From NCBI GenBank assembly GCA_024398055.1, contig CP073749.1, forward strand, positions 1,238,594 through 1,302,593: 64,000 nucleotides of DNA, read 5' to 3'. The notes below the pieces were generated by a model. It saw only the letters and a list, made by a program, of their open reading frames with translations. It did not search any database and was not told the origin of the DNA. Source of the DNA: a bacterium SCSIO 12741 (lineage in GTDB: Bacteria > Bacteroidota > Bacteroidia > Flavobacteriales_G > Salibacteraceae). Both the position numbers and the translations under genes were made by a program. Below, one piece after another: positions 11,645 to 22,513 of the stretch; the first letter of the stretch is position 1; every line of letters starts with the position of its first letter.

Positions 11645-12289
11645 ATGTACCGTATTCTTTTTACTCTACTCTTAGCGATTCTTTGTCAATCTACCTATGC
11701 CCAAAAAAAGGCGTTTAAAAATGGATTTTCTTTAAGGCTTCACTACTATTTGCCAGGTGAGCACTTTGAGGAGGCCGACTTAGATGCTGAAAACTACGAG
11801 CTGGATTTGTACCGGCGACAAGCCAACGGTTTTGGATTTCAGATTGGCAACATGTTCTATTTAAACGGCATCCCATTAGGAGAACGCTGGCGACTCGGTA
11901 TTGATGCCGCCTATTTAAAAAACACTTTTGTTCGAAGCCGATACACACCGCTCGATCCCAATGAGGAAGATGCTGAGGGCTTCAGTTATTACATTACCAC
12001 CGAAGTGGGTCCTTTTATTAGTTATTCTCCCAGATCTGATATGGCCATTGATGCGGTTGTTCGCTTTGGTCCGCAATTGGTCCTGGGATGGGCTATTCCC
12101 GGCAATGGGGGCCGATTAGGTGAAACAGCTGCGCTAAACCTACGCACCATTCCAGCGGTATACTACCACTACAAAATATTTATGGCAGGCGTGGAAGGAA
12201 GCATTGGAAGATTAGGACACCCCAGCCAGCAAAGTGGCTCAGGAATCGGGTTTACTTCCTACCGGCTTGTTGCCGGATTTAAATTCTAA
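11645..12289 (+). CDS. putative outer-membrane beta-barrel protein, second paralog
   Basis: Signal peptide MYRILFTLLLAILCQSTYAQ; shares HYYLPGEHFE and a C-terminal ...LVAGFKF with the upstream paralog. Confidence 0.55.
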   Translation: MYRILFTLLLAILCQSTYAQKKAFKNGFSLRLHYYLPGEHFEEADLDAENYELDLYRRQANGFGFQIGNMFYLNGIPLGERWRLGIDAAYLKNTFVRSRYTPLDPNEEDAEGFSYYITTEVGPFISYSPRSDMAIDAVVRFGPQLVLGWAIPGNGGRLGETAALNLRTIPAVYYHYKIFMAGVEGSIGRLGHPSQQSGSGIGFTSYRLVAGFKF

Positions 12290-12317
12290 TACGTAAAAGT
12301 GAGGGATCGGGTGAGGC

Positions 12318-12881
12318 TTAGATCGACATGATGTCGGCTTCTTTCTCTTCGATCAGCTTGTCCACCTTATTAATATGAGCATTGGTAATGGACTGAATTT
12401 CTTCTTCTCCATCCTTCGCCATATCTTCTGGCAATCCGTCATTCTTAAGCTTCTTAAGCTCATCATTGGCTTCCTTACGGAAAGAGCGAACAGAAACTTT
12501 GGTCTTTTCGCCTTCGGCTTTTGCCTGCTTTACCAAATCACGGCGACGCTCTTCAGTAAGAGGTGGAATATTAATGATGATCATCTCCCCATTGTTCTGA
12601 GGATTGAAACCTAAATTGGAGTTGATAATCGCCTTTTCGATAGGATCCAGCATCTGCTTTTCCCAAGGCTGAATCGAGATCATTCTGGCATCTGGCGTAT
12701 TCACATTGGATACTTGACTCAGAGGAGTATTGGATCCATAGTATTCTACCATGATTCCATCGAGCATTCCTGGTGTAGCTTTTCCAGCTCGAATTTTTAG
12801 CAATTCTTTCTTCAGGTGGTCCAGGGAACTATTCATTGAATCCTTGGCCATATCGTATACCATTCCTAACTCTTCTTCCAT
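12318..12881 (-). CDS. frr: ribosome recycling factor
   Basis: 187 aa; conserved RRF motifs (NLGFNPQNNGEMIIINIPPLTEERRRDLVK, SVRSFRKEANDELKKL). Confidence 0.9.
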   Translation of the reverse strand: MEEELGMVYDMAKDSMNSSLDHLKKELLKIRAGKATPGMLDGIMVEYYGSNTPLSQVSNVNTPDARMISIQPWEKQMLDPIEKAIINSNLGFNPQNNGEMIIINIPPLTEERRRDLVKQAKAEGEKTKVSVRSFRKEANDELKKLKNDGLPEDMAKDGEEEIQSITNAHINKVDKLIEEKEADIMSI

Positions 12882-12922
12882 ATCTCAATCAGTTTTAGGT
12901 GCCGTAAAAATAGAAATTTCCC

Positions 12923-13630
12923 TTACACATCAACCAGGGTACCCACTTCGTCGCCTACTACAACCTTTCTCAGGTTACCGGGCTTATTCATATCAAACAC
13001 AATGATGGGCAATTTGTTCTCCTGGCAAAGAGTAAAGGCCGTCTTATCCATTACGTTAAGCCCCTTAAGCAGTACTTCTTCAAATGAAATCTTGTCGAAA
13101 CGTTTCGCTGAAGGATCCTTTTCGGGATCGGCTGTGTATACTCCATCCACGCGGGTTCCTTTTAGGATAATATCCGCATCAATTTCGATAGCTCTCAAAG
13201 AAGCAGCCGTATCTGTTGTAAAATAAGGGTTTCCTGTACCTGCGCCAAAGATCACAATACGGCCTTTTTCCAAGTGACGTACCGCTCTTCTTCGGATGAA
13301 AGGTTCAGCGATTTGTTCCATTTTAATAGCGGAAAGCAAGCGGGTTTTCAGACCCACCCCTTCCAGAGCAGATTGAAGTGCCATAGAATTAATCATCGTA
13401 GCCAACATACCCATGTAGTCGCCTTGAACGCGATCGATGGCACTGTTGTCCGATTGCACGCCACGGAAAATATTTCCTCCGCCGATTACAATGGCCAGCT
13501 CCACTCCCGTTTCCATAACCTGGATGATATCTTCGGCATAAGTCTGCAAACGATCGTGATCGATTCCAAAATCCTTATTGCCCATTAAGGCTTCTCCACT
13601 GAGTTTCAACAATATCCTCTTGTACTTCAT
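12923..13630 (-). CDS. pyrH: UMP kinase
   Basis: [58 protein letters not shown]. Confidence 0.9.
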   Translation of the reverse strand: MKYKRILLKLSGEALMGNKDFGIDHDRLQTYAEDIIQVMETGVELAIVIGGGNIFRGVQSDNSAIDRVQGDYMGMLATMINSMALQSALEGVGLKTRLLSAIKMEQIAEPFIRRRAVRHLEKGRIVIFGAGTGNPYFTTDTAASLRAIEIDADIILKGTRVDGVYTADPEKDPSAKRFDKISFEEVLLKGLNVMDKTAFTLCQENKLPIIVFDMNKPGNLRKVVVGDEVGTLVDV

Positions 13631-13654
13631 ATCATCCTTTTGAATCGGAAAATT

Positions 13655-13692
13655 AGGACAAAAAAAAGAGAGATGGCTGAGCCAATCTCTCT
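13655..13692 (-). terminator. rho-independent terminator after tsf (bidirectional hairpin)
   Basis: Inverted repeat agagagatgg / ccaatctctct with a T-run on the minus strand (A8 on plus strand), between tsf and pyrH. Confidence 0.45.
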
Positions 13693-13717
13693 TTTTCTAA
13701 CAGTTTATTAAAGATGA

Positions 13718-14536
13718 TTACGACAGGGTAATCAACTTAAATCCTTCAACGACTAAATCGCCGTCAACTTCTTTCAAGTATTGCTTTACAGTCTTCTTGC
13801 TTTCTTTGATAAACTCCTGGTTCATCAAAGTTTTCTCTTTGAAGAACTTGTTCAATTTACCAACAGCAATTTTCTCGGCAATTTGCTCAGGCTTACCTTC
13901 TGCGATAGCTTGCTCTTTACCGATTTCCATTTCCTTCTGCTTAATTTCTTCAGAAACACCAGACTCGTCCAAAGCAACAGGAGCCATAGCTGCTACTTGC
14001 ATAGCAACGTCTCTTCCGATTTCAGCATTTTCTTTGTTGATTCCAACCAAAGAAGCCGTACGGTTACCTGGGTGGTTGTAAGCTACAACACACTCAGCGG
14101 AGATCATTCCGTAGTCAGAAACTTCCAACTTCTCACCGATCTTACCCATTTGGTTTTCGATTGCTTGAGCAACGGTTTCACCACCCATGTCCAAACCAGC
14201 CAACTCTTCTTTCGAAGAAGGAAGGTTGTTCAAAGCCAGGTCAGCAATAGCGTTTGCAAAGTCAACAAAATCCTGGTTTTTAGCAACGAAGTCAGTTTCG
14301 CAGTTCAATACCAAGCTGATTCCGCTTTTTCCGTCGGTAGCAGTTTTAGCCACTACATAACCTTCGGCAGCATCATTCTCACCACGTTTAGCGGCGATCT
14401 TTTGTCCTTTCTTTCTCAGAATCTCGATGGCTTTTTCAAAATCACCCTCAGCTTCAACCAAGGCGTTTTTACAGTCCATCAAGCCCAATCCGGTTTGCTT
14501 TCTGAGCTTATTAACTTCTGCAGCTGTTACAGCCAT
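13718..14536 (-). CDS. tsf: translation elongation factor Ts
   Basis: N-terminal UBA-like MAVTAAEVNKLRKQTGLGLMDCKNALVEAEGDFEKAIEILRKKG; 272 aa. Confidence 0.9.
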   Translation of the reverse strand: MAVTAAEVNKLRKQTGLGLMDCKNALVEAEGDFEKAIEILRKKGQKIAAKRGENDAAEGYVVAKTATDGKSGISLVLNCETDFVAKNQDFVDFANAIADLALNNLPSSKEELAGLDMGGETVAQAIENQMGKIGEKLEVSDYGMISAECVVAYNHPGNRTASLVGINKENAEIGRDVAMQVAAMAPVALDESGVSEEIKQKEMEIGKEQAIAEGKPEQIAEKIAVGKLNKFFKEKTLMNQEFIKESKKTVKQYLKEVDGDLVVEGFKLITLS

Positions 14537-14565
14537 TTTTCTCTTTTATTGAAATGTTAGTGTAA

Positions 14566-15306
14566 TTATGCTTGTTCTTTTTCCTTAGCAGCTTCAGCTT
14601 GGCGCTTTTCTTTGATCGCTTTGCGCTCAGCCAAACCTTCGCCAATCGCTCCGGCAACAATGCTCAAGATCTTGTCGATAGACTTGGCCGCATCATCGTT
14701 CGCAGGAATTGGGAAGTCGATCAAACTTGGATCAGAGTTCGTATCCACGATAGCGAATGTTGGGATGTTCAAGCGACGAGCTTCTTTTACTGCAATGTGC
14801 TCTTTTTTCACGTCAACGATGAAAAGAGCAGCGGGCAAACGGTTCAAATCGGAGATAGAACCTAAGTTTTTATCCAACTTGTCTTTTTGACGCTTAAGCA
14901 ACAAACGCTCTTTTTTGTTTACACCGGTAGCTTCTGGATCGTTCAGTACTTTTTCGATTTGACCCATTTTGCGAATCGCCTTGCGAATAGTCACAAAGTT
15001 GGTCAACATACCACCTGTCCAGCGCTCAGTTACGTAAGGCATATCTACAGAAGAAGCAGCTTCTGAGATAACATCACGTGCTTGTTTTTTAGTAGCAACA
15101 AACAAAACTTTCTTTCCAGCAGCAGCAATTTGTTTCAATGCGTTGCAGGACTCTTCCAGTTTTGCTACGGTCTTGTGAAGATCGATTACGTGGATTCCGT
15201 TGCGCTCCATGAAGATGTAAGGAGCCATGTTGGGATTCCACTTTCTTTTGAGGTGTCCAAAGTGAACTCCTGCTTCCAGAAGTTCTTGATAATTGGTTCT
15301 CGCCAT
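14566..15306 (-). CDS. rpsB: 30S ribosomal protein S2
   Basis: MARTNYQELLEAGVHFGHLKRKWNPNMAPYIF..., and a C-terminal acidic/basic tail. Confidence 0.9.
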   Translation of the reverse strand: MARTNYQELLEAGVHFGHLKRKWNPNMAPYIFMERNGIHVIDLHKTVAKLEESCNALKQIAAAGKKVLFVATKKQARDVISEAASSVDMPYVTERWTGGMLTNFVTIRKAIRKMGQIEKVLNDPEATGVNKKERLLLKRQKDKLDKNLGSISDLNRLPAALFIVDVKKEHIAVKEARRLNIPTFAIVDTNSDPSLIDFPIPANDDAAKSIDKILSIVAGAIGEGLAERKAIKEKRQAEAAKEKEQA

Positions 15307-15438
15307 GATTAACTATTTAAAAAATACTCCTGGAATCTGCCAGGCCAGCGTCAGGTTCTCATTCCAGCGACTCCACCAAAAAGGAGCATCCTGTAGCACG
15401 ATGCCACAGGATTGGATACAGAACCTCTGAAAAAATTC

Positions 15439-15825
15439 TTAACGTTTAGAGAACTGGAATTGCTTACGAGCTTTCTTCTGACCCGGCTTCTTACGCTCAA
15501 CCATACGAGGGTCACGTGTCAAAAGGCCTTCAGCACGCAAAGCAGGACGATACTCTTCGTCTACTTTAACCAAAGCTCTTGCGATAGCCAGACTCAAAGC
15601 TTCTGCCTGTCCGCTCATTCCACCACCACTGGCGTTAACTTTTACGTCAAACTTTCCAGCATTCTCTGTTACCTGAAATGGCTTATTGATGATTTGCAGG
15701 TGCTCTGCAGAGGTAAAATATTCATTAACCGCTTTCTTATTAACCGTGATGGATCCTTTTCCCTCGGTCATGTAAACACGGGTAATGGCTGTTTTTCTTC
15801 TACCTACTGTATTAATGACTGCCAT
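15439..15825 (-). CDS. rpsI: 30S ribosomal protein S9
   Basis: C-terminus [19 protein letters not shown]...[25 protein letters not shown]. Confidence 0.9.
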   Translation of the reverse strand: MAVINTVGRRKTAITRVYMTEGKGSITVNKKAVNEYFTSAEHLQIINKPFQVTENAGKFDVKVNASGGGMSGQAEALSLAIARALVKVDEEYRPALRAEGLLTRDPRMVERKKPGQKKARKQFQFSKR

Positions 15826-15831
15826 AAATTC

Positions 15832-16287
15832 TTATTTAATGGTATTAATATCAAATGAAACAGGCTTCTGAGCCTCGTGGCTGTGCTCGCTTCCAACCAC
15901 AACGTGAAGGTTGCGGTAAAGCTGGCTTCCCAAACGATTTTTAGGCAACATACCTTTAATCGCTTTTTCAAGCACACGCTCAGGATGTTTTTCCAACATC
16001 TCTCTTACTGAAGTAATGCGCTGTCCACCTGGGTATCCAGTGTGACGAACGTATTCTTTAGTATCCATCTTGGCTCCGCTCAGGGTAATCTTCTCGGCAT
16101 TCACAACAACTACGTTGTCTCCGCAGTCCGCGTGAGGTGTAAAGCTAGGCTTGTGCTTTCCTCTCAACAAAAACGCCACCCGTGCAGCCAATCTTCCCAG
16201 AGTTTGTCCTTCAGCATCTACAAGCAGCCAATTCTTGTCAGCTGTTTCCTTGTTTGCTGAAACTGTTTTATAACTCAAAGTATCCAA
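15832..16287 (-). CDS. rplM: 50S ribosomal protein L13
   Basis: WLLVDAEGQTLGRLAARVAFLLRGKHKPSFTPH; 151 aa; immediately upstream of rpsI. Confidence 0.9.
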   Translation of the reverse strand: MDTLSYKTVSANKETADKNWLLVDAEGQTLGRLAARVAFLLRGKHKPSFTPHADCGDNVVVVNAEKITLSGAKMDTKEYVRHTGYPGGQRITSVREMLEKHPERVLEKAIKGMLPKNRLGSQLYRNLHVVVGSEHSHEAQKPVSFDINTIK

Positions 16288-16318
16288 AACTCTTCTCTTT
16301 TAATTGTTACTAAAAACA

Positions 16319-16342
16319 AACACCCCCAAAATCGGGGGTGCA
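16319..16342 (-). terminator. rho-independent terminator downstream of the YceI-like gene, ahead of the rplM promoter
   Basis: Perfect hairpin cacccccaaaatcgggggtg, followed on the minus strand by tttgttttt. Confidence 0.55.
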
Positions 16343-16441
16343 AATTTAGAATTTATATTTTGAATGTACAAAACTTTCCTACACAGATAACTCACAAAAT
16401 CTTTTGAGGATAATTTTGCACCTGTAAATACAGTATACCAA

Positions 16442-17101
16442 TTAGTTGCACTTCTTCTCCAGAAGGGCCTTTACGGTAATATCCACATCATTCCAAAGCT
16501 TGGATACGCCGTCTTCTCCTTTGTGCAATTCGTAACATACAGCGTTGAGTGAATCAACTGCAGCAGTAGCTTCCCACTCAGCCAAATCAACTGAACCTTT
16601 CAAAGTGAGGGAAAGACCGTCGATTTCATAATCCATAGTTACAATTTGCTGTTTTCCGTTCATCGTCAAACGTACTTCCACCAAATTTTCCTCCTCATTC
16701 ATGGCCACAACCTCACCCTGCATCATCTCACCATCGGTTAGGTTACCGAAGAAGCGGTTGCCAATTTTCTTATCGCGATCAGCATTGTTACTATTCACGC
16801 TCGAGGTGTAAATACTCAATTGAGCGTCGTTGAGCAGCTGAGCAGGGTTTTCCTTTGTACCATTGGCTACTACGCTCACAGAATCAAAGGTTCCGCCAAC
16901 GCCAGTCCTTTCGGTAAACTTAAACGCCGTCCAATCCACACTAACCGACGCTGGGTCGATGGTGTAGCTGCAGCTTTCGCTGTCGAGTTTTAGGTTTTCT
17001 TTTTTTGTTTCGGTTTCATTCGACCCCGACTCACCACCACAGGCGGTCAGCATAATTGAGGCCACCATAAATAGACCTGTCCAGTACTTCATGATTTCCA
17101 A
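16442..17101 (-). CDS. YceI-like lipoprotein
   Basis: Lipoprotein signal ...MLTACGG, and a YceI-like block SNNADRDKKIGNRFFGNL. Confidence 0.5.
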   Translation of the reverse strand: MEIMKYWTGLFMVASIMLTACGGESGSNETETKKENLKLDSESCSYTIDPASVSVDWTAFKFTERTGVGGTFDSVSVVANGTKENPAQLLNDAQLSIYTSSVNSNNADRDKKIGNRFFGNLTDGEMMQGEVVAMNEEENLVEVRLTMNGKQQIVTMDYEIDGLSLTLKGSVDLAEWEATAAVDSLNAVCYELHKGEDGVSKLWNDVDITVKALLEKKCN

Positions 17102-17148
17102 TTGAGAGATTTGCTAACAAATTTGGTACAAATCAGCCAGCAAGCGGT

Positions 17149-20100
17149 TTATTTTCCCTGGATTATTTTTCCAGCCAAATCGCTTTCGGAAGAATGGTAT
17201 TGATAGAGGTACAATCCCTGAGACCAGGATTCGTGTGCTACCCGGTGCTCTCCGGCTTCGAGTCTTTCCCACTGATAGCTTTCCAAAACCTTACCGTTAA
17301 CATCCATCACATCCAAACGAACGTCCTCTTCTCCACGTGGTAATTCCAACACCCATTCTAATCCTGTATCATAAATGCGGATAGAAGAAGCAGAAGTCAT
17401 GTCGGCAGACAAGGTGTTTCCAGATACCACAACTTCCTGGGTTAGTACCTGATAACATTCGGCATTTACTAAAGCCAATTGAGATACGGTATACACTCCC
17501 TCCTCTTTAAATATATGTGTAGGATTCGTTTCATTCGATGATTCACCATCACCAAACATCCAGGCGATGGTTCGCATTCCTTCACTTTGATTATAAAAGG
17601 ACACCTCGGTTTCACCAGCCAAATCAGCTCCCAAATTCACCACTTCAAATGCAGCAAAATTACCTGGAGCCTCAGTGATGGTTATAAATTCAGTTTGAGA
17701 TTCGCACTGTCCCTGTACATCGGACACTACGGTCTTGTAAATTCCTGGCGCCAAATCTTTGGCCTTTTGATAATGTCCGTCTACTTCTATTAGCTGACTG
17801 TTTCCCTGAAGATCAAACACACTAAGGGACCAATTTGCAGGATCTACATTACTTAATAGAATGTCACCATCTTCTTTTCCCTGGCAAGTCTCGGTGGAGT
17901 AATACAACTCTTCATAAGGTTGAGACACCTGAAGGACGTAGCGGTGAACATTTTCATTTGCTGTTAAAGAGAATCGGATAGTATCTCCTTGTGACAAGGA
18001 ACGGTAAGTATTTTCCTTTTTGTCATAAAGCACCATACAGAAATTACCCTCTGGCACCTGATCTACATGCAATTCAAATTGTCCGGATTCATGGCAACGG
18101 GTAATTAATGGAACTTCCAGCTTTTTTATTCCAGCTGGAACAGCGCTTACCTGTAATTCATCTCCGCCCATAGCAAATCCTAAGTCAGGAATAGCTCCAG
18201 GATTACCTATGATATAAGCATCGTGCTTGCCATCGAAATCAAGCGTTGCATCTTGCTTGAAATCCAAAGCACAATAAGTAACAATGTCTTCTCCCAAGTT
18301 TTTCAATGACAACTTGAAGCGGTTACTCAATGGCGCCGCTTTGCGGAAAGCTGCATCGGTATCCACTTTGTCATTCTCCTGGAAGGATATGGAATTGGTG
18401 GCACTATTAACGTGTACAAAGAATCCCTGATACTGTGCAATGTAGTTGGAAGGAGAAAGCAAATTAGTAGCTACATAACCACCACCGGTAAATACATAAC
18501 CAACTGCATCAACTCCAACCAAGCTCACTTGATTCCAATCGATGGATGATGGATAAGGATTACCAATCAAGTGCCATCCCATTCCGCCAGTAAAGCTCAA
18601 GTTGGACAAAGTAATGTTTCCTTGATTAGGAGCTCCACTTAAGCTAAAGTCATAGGAAGAGAAATTAGGACCACCAGAATAATAAGAGAGTACATTCAAG
18701 TAGTTGTTGGAATTTCCAATGGACGATGGAGCTTGCCAGCCGTCATTAAAGCTTCCTGATGAACCAGCTGCCGCTTCATTGAAATAGAAGCAGGAAGATA
18801 TTCCAGCACTCGGATTATTAGACCCAGAGAAGCCGTAGAAATACATTCCATTTGGATTGTTGGTCGCATCATACTTAATATCATTCAAAGTAGAGTTGGC
18901 GATCGGTGTTGAGATGTGGCGGTAATCCACTGAGTTTACAGCAGAAATATGTCGCTGAGAAGTAATGGTTCCTGATAAGCTACCTGTAATCTCACCAATG
19001 CTTGCTGTTCCGGACGCATCAGAGATTAAGGTTATTCTTCCCCCCGCGTTAAAATTACCGGTAGTAATCTCCAAACGGGTGCGGATCGATGTAGAACCGG
19101 CTACCACAGCCACTCCAGCTGAGTTGTCAATTTCCAAGACCCCAAATTCTGTCGTTCCGCTGATTTGCTGAGCCGAAGTTCCATTCATCACAATGGATCC
19201 GTTTCCATCGATTTGACCGTAACCGGACCAATCGCCTTCCACGTTCAGGTCATTTCCAGCAAGATCAATCACTCCGCCATTGTTCACAGAGACGGAACGA
19301 ACGGTAGTGGCGGACATTACGGTAACCCGGTGACCAGGTAAAATGGTCACGTCGTCAGTAGGCCCTGGGACTGTTCCTCCCGACCAAGTGCTGGCCGTAT
19401 TCCAGTCTCCATCCTGATTGGACTGGAAGGGCAGATCATCGCCTCCGGTAAATGTTCCCAACTGGGTTACACCTGTAGCCGAAAGCTGGTTAGAGGCTGT
19501 TTGGGCAGAACCAAAGCTGCTCCACTGGTTTGTAGGATCCAGAAAACGGGCAACTATTAAGGATTCCGTTCCCACAATATCAATGTCTGCATAAGACAGG
19601 GTCACATTGTAGTTGAAGTTGCTCACGTTGTTTCCGCCAACAACCCAGTAACGGGTAATTCTATTGGTAGGCGTACCTAAACTTGGGTGATTCTGGTCTA
19701 CAGAACGGAAGGAGAAATAAGCTCCTGAACCCAAGGTAGCCGAGTTTAACGAGAAGGTAATCGGTGTGAACTGAGAGTTATCACCTACAGGAATGGTAAT
19801 CGTAGAACCTGCACTGGAATAAATTTTACGAATCTCACCGTTTCCACTGGCCTGAATGTAAGCCGTGGATTGCCCCCCTGTAATAGTGGCACTGGCGTTC
19901 AATATCAAATTGCTGTTTGCCAATCTCAATCTACCAGAGTTAAGCACTAAACCTTCGGTAAGTGTCAAATCATTGGCCAGCGTAAAGTCTCCGATTATAT
20001 TGAGCTCCAGGTATTTCAAAATGATGTTGGGCATGTTGGATGGAGGCGTAGTTCCTGATGGAACAATCACACTATCCTCAGCCAAGGGCACCTGACCATC

Positions 20101-22353
20101 AGCCCAGTTACAAGCATCAAACCAATCGGTGCTGTTTTCACCCGTCCATTCACCGTGAAGGCCACCTCCAATGATTCCGATTGAAACCACGTTGGAAATG
20201 TGCGTTCCACAAGCAGCAGAAGTTTGAACCCGGTAGTATGTTCGTGCCGCCAAATTAGAGGCGTTGTAAACAGTATCGGTAGCTCCAGAAATATTCGAAA
20301 AATTAGTTCCATCAGAAGAGCTCTGCCATTGAATCGATCCTTCAGAATCAACTACTTCTAAAGTGGTTCCACTTGAAGGACAAATCAATGTATCGGTAGC
20401 AGAAACTACACCGGCAAATACACAAGGCTCAAATTTGATATCGGCCTGACCATAAACCGTGGAGGTAATAATATTGGTAGGCATATTGTTCGTAGAACTG
20501 GCGTAGCAAGATCCATTAATGGTAATCTGCCCGCTGGTGGTCGGCATAGAAACCGAACCGTATAATCCAGAGCTCTGGCTATTCAAGCGAACGGCTACAA
20601 CGTACTGCTGTCCACTGGTTAGGCTCACTGGAGAAATACTTGCGTAAGACCAATCTCCGTTGCCCGTAACATTGGTAGTAGCCAAAACAGATCCAGAAGG
20701 ATAGGAGTACAAGCGAACAGTATGAGTAACTCCGTCTCTCCAACGGCCACCTAATTCAGTAACATTTCCATTGGCGTTGGCCGTGAACCGATAGCCCATA
20801 TTGTAATTCCAGTTCAGGTTTTGAGCCGTGATTGGAGGATTCAAAGCCTGAAGTGGGTAATCCGGGTCGGTTACAGTAATCGTCAAAACGGTAGAGGTAT
20901 CACCAGAACAACCTCCTCCCGAAACGTAAGTTCTATAGTGCATGGTTTGACCCAGAGGTCCGGTATTGTAGGAAGATCCTGTTGCACCACTGATGTTAGT
21001 AAAGTTGCTTCCATCCGTAGATTGTTGCCATTGAACGGAACCAATATTGTTGACCAAATTGATGGTCACACTATCCCATTTATTCAGAGAAGTTTGGCTC
21101 GCACTCAACAATCCGGCATAAGCACATGGCTCGAAACGCATATCAGCTAATCCATAGACATAGCTAGTAGTGGAATTTGTTGGCATCACATTGCTTGAAG
21201 AAACATAAGTTCCATTCAAAATCTCAACCCCGGCCGAATTTTGTGGAGTGGATAGGTTAGAATAGGTTCCGCTCGACTGCGCATTTAACCTCACCGCCAC
21301 TACATATTGCTGTCCGCTGGTCAAATTAACTGGAGTAATAGAGGTGTATGCCCAATCCATAGATCCAGTCACATTAGCCGTAGCTAAAACGGTTCCCGAT
21401 GGGTAAGCATAAAGACGAACGGTATGCTGAACGCCGTCTCTCCAGCGTCCACCCAATTCAGTTACCTGTCCGTTTTGAGTGGCCTCAAAACGATAACCCA
21501 TGTTGTAATTCCAGTTTAGGTTTTGTCCGGTCACAGCAGGATTTTGCACCCGCAAAGGATAAAATGGATCCTCCCGGGAAACAACTAACATGTTTGAAGT
21601 ATCGGAACCGCAACCTCCAGAAGTGGTACGTGTTCTAAAGTACATTTGAGAAGTGATGGCTCCAGAACTGACTTGAATTCCAGTTGCACCAGGCATGTCT
21701 GTAAAGTTCACTCCGTCTGATGAAGATTGCCATTGAATACTTCCAATGTTGTTTTGTACGGTTAGGGTCGTACTATCTCCTTCAATAACTTTTTCTGAAC
21801 CGGCAGTAATGGTACCGGCGAAAATACAGGGAACGAAAGTAATGTCTGCCTGACCATACATGGCCGTGGTCACATTATTGGTTGGCATGTTATTGGATCC
21901 GAAAGCGTAGGAGGTATTTGAAATGGTAATTCCACCTTGATTAATCGGAAGAGCGATGTTGGTTCCGGATGAGTAACACCCGCTTGACTGGGAGTTTAAT
22001 CGAACCGCTACCACGTACTCCGAACCGGCAGTCACGTTTACCGCTGTTCCTAATGTGTTGTAGGCCCAATTAATAGAACCGGTCACATTCGTGGATGCCA
22101 GCAGCGTACCCGACGGATAGGAATACAATCGTACGGTGTGAACCACTCCATCGGTCCATCGACCACCGAGTTGGGTTATCTGTCCATTCACATTTGCAGT
22201 GAATCGATAACCCATATTGTAATTCCAGTTAATATTCTGGTTTGTCAAAGTGGGGTTTTCCAGCTTCAGCGGACTCACCTGCGAGTACGCAGTTGTTACC
22301 CCAATAAATAAAGTTGCAAGCCATAGTAGGCTCGCCATTTTGAATTTCGTCAT
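17149..22353 (-). CDS. giant cell-surface adhesin-like protein (1734 aa) with a T9SS C-terminal sorting domain and three tandem ~240-aa modules
   Basis: Signal peptide; the module NWNYNMGYRF...LGGRW(R/T)DGV.HTVRLYSYPSG..LA.TNVTG..W.Y...VAVRLN.QSSG occurs three times. PKD-like segment later in the protein. C-terminal ~80 aa resemble a Por/T9SS sorting domain. Confidence 0.8.
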   Translation of the reverse strand: MTKFKMASLLWLATLFIGVTTAYSQVSPLKLENPTLTNQNINWNYNMGYRFTANVNGQITQLGGRWTDGVVHTVRLYSYPSGTLLASTNVTGSINWAYNTLGTAVNVTAGSEYVVAVRLNSQSSGCYSSGTNIALPINQGGITISNTSYAFGSNNMPTNNVTTAMYGQADITFVPCIFAGTITAGSEKVIEGDSTTLTVQNNIGSIQWQSSSDGVNFTDMPGATGIQVSSGAITSQMYFRTRTTSGGCGSDTSNMLVVSREDPFYPLRVQNPAVTGQNLNWNYNMGYRFEATQNGQVTELGGRWRDGVQHTVRLYAYPSGTVLATANVTGSMDWAYTSITPVNLTSGQQYVVAVRLNAQSSGTYSNLSTPQNSAGVEILNGTYVSSSNVMPTNSTTSYVYGLADMRFEPCAYAGLLSASQTSLNKWDSVTINLVNNIGSVQWQQSTDGSNFTNISGATGSSYNTGPLGQTMHYRTYVSGGGCSGDTSTVLTITVTDPDYPLQALNPPITAQNLNWNYNMGYRFTANANGNVTELGGRWRDGVTHTVRLYSYPSGSVLATTNVTGNGDWSYASISPVSLTSGQQYVVAVRLNSQSSGLYGSVSMPTTSGQITINGSCYASSTNNMPTNIITSTVYGQADIKFEPCVFAGVVSATDTLICPSSGTTLEVVDSEGSIQWQSSSDGTNFSNISGATDTVYNASNLAARTYYRVQTSAACGTHISNVVSIGIIGGGLHGEWTGENSTDWFDACNWADGQVPLAEDSVIVPSGTTPPSNMPNIILKYLELNIIGDFTLANDLTLTEGLVLNSGRLRLANSNLILNASATITGGQSTAYIQASGNGEIRKIYSSAGSTITIPVGDNSQFTPITFSLNSATLGSGAYFSFRSVDQNHPSLGTPTNRITRYWVVGGNNVSNFNYNVTLSYADIDIVGTESLIVARFLDPTNQWSSFGSAQTASNQLSATGVTQLGTFTGGDDLPFQSNQDGDWNTASTWSGGTVPGPTDDVTILPGHRVTVMSATTVRSVSVNNGGVIDLAGNDLNVEGDWSGYGQIDGNGSIVMNGTSAQQISGTTEFGVLEIDNSAGVAVVAGSTSIRTRLEITTGNFNAGGRITLISDASGTASIGEITGSLSGTITSQRHISAVNSVDYRHISTPIANSTLNDIKYDATNNPNGMYFYGFSGSNNPSAGISSCFYFNEAAAGSSGSFNDGWQAPSSIGNSNNYLNVLSYYSGGPNFSSYDFSLSGAPNQGNITLSNLSFTGGMGWHLIGNPYPSSIDWNQVSLVGVDAVGYVFTGGGYVATNLLSPSNYIAQYQGFFVHVNSATNSISFQENDKVDTDAAFRKAAPLSNRFKLSLKNLGEDIVTYCALDFKQDATLDFDGKHDAYIIGNPGAIPDLGFAMGGDELQVSAVPAGIKKLEVPLITRCHESGQFELHVDQVPEGNFCMVLYDKKENTYRSLSQGDTIRFSLTANENVHRYVLQVSQPYEELYYSTETCQGKEDGDILLSNVDPANWSLSVFDLQGNSQLIEVDGHYQKAKDLAPGIYKTVVSDVQGQCESQTEFITITEAPGNFAAFEVVNLGADLAGETEVSFYNQSEGMRTIAWMFGDGESSNETNPTHIFKEEGVYTVSQLALVNAECYQVLTQEVVVSGNTLSADMTSASSIRIYDTGLEWVLELPRGEEDVRLDVMDVNGKVLESYQWERLEAGEHRVAHESWSQGLYLYQYHSSESDLAGKIIQGK

Positions 22354-22513
22354 TTTCCCTAATCCTAAATTCAGACGTATATATCAAAACTATACGACGA
22401 GATTGAATAAAGGTTTTAATTCAGCTCAATTTGCCGCGTATTTCGATGAAAATCAATTTGATTCCACAAAATCTTAGTTCAACAATTATTTTATTCAGAT
22501 TTTAGCGGAGTCT

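Noticed and set aside
13781-14560. 259-aa ORF antisense to tsf, and similar antisense ORFs inside rpsB, pyrH, the adhesin and the hybrid kinase
   Set aside because: They lie opposite highly conserved genes. They have low-complexity composition and no conserved motifs.
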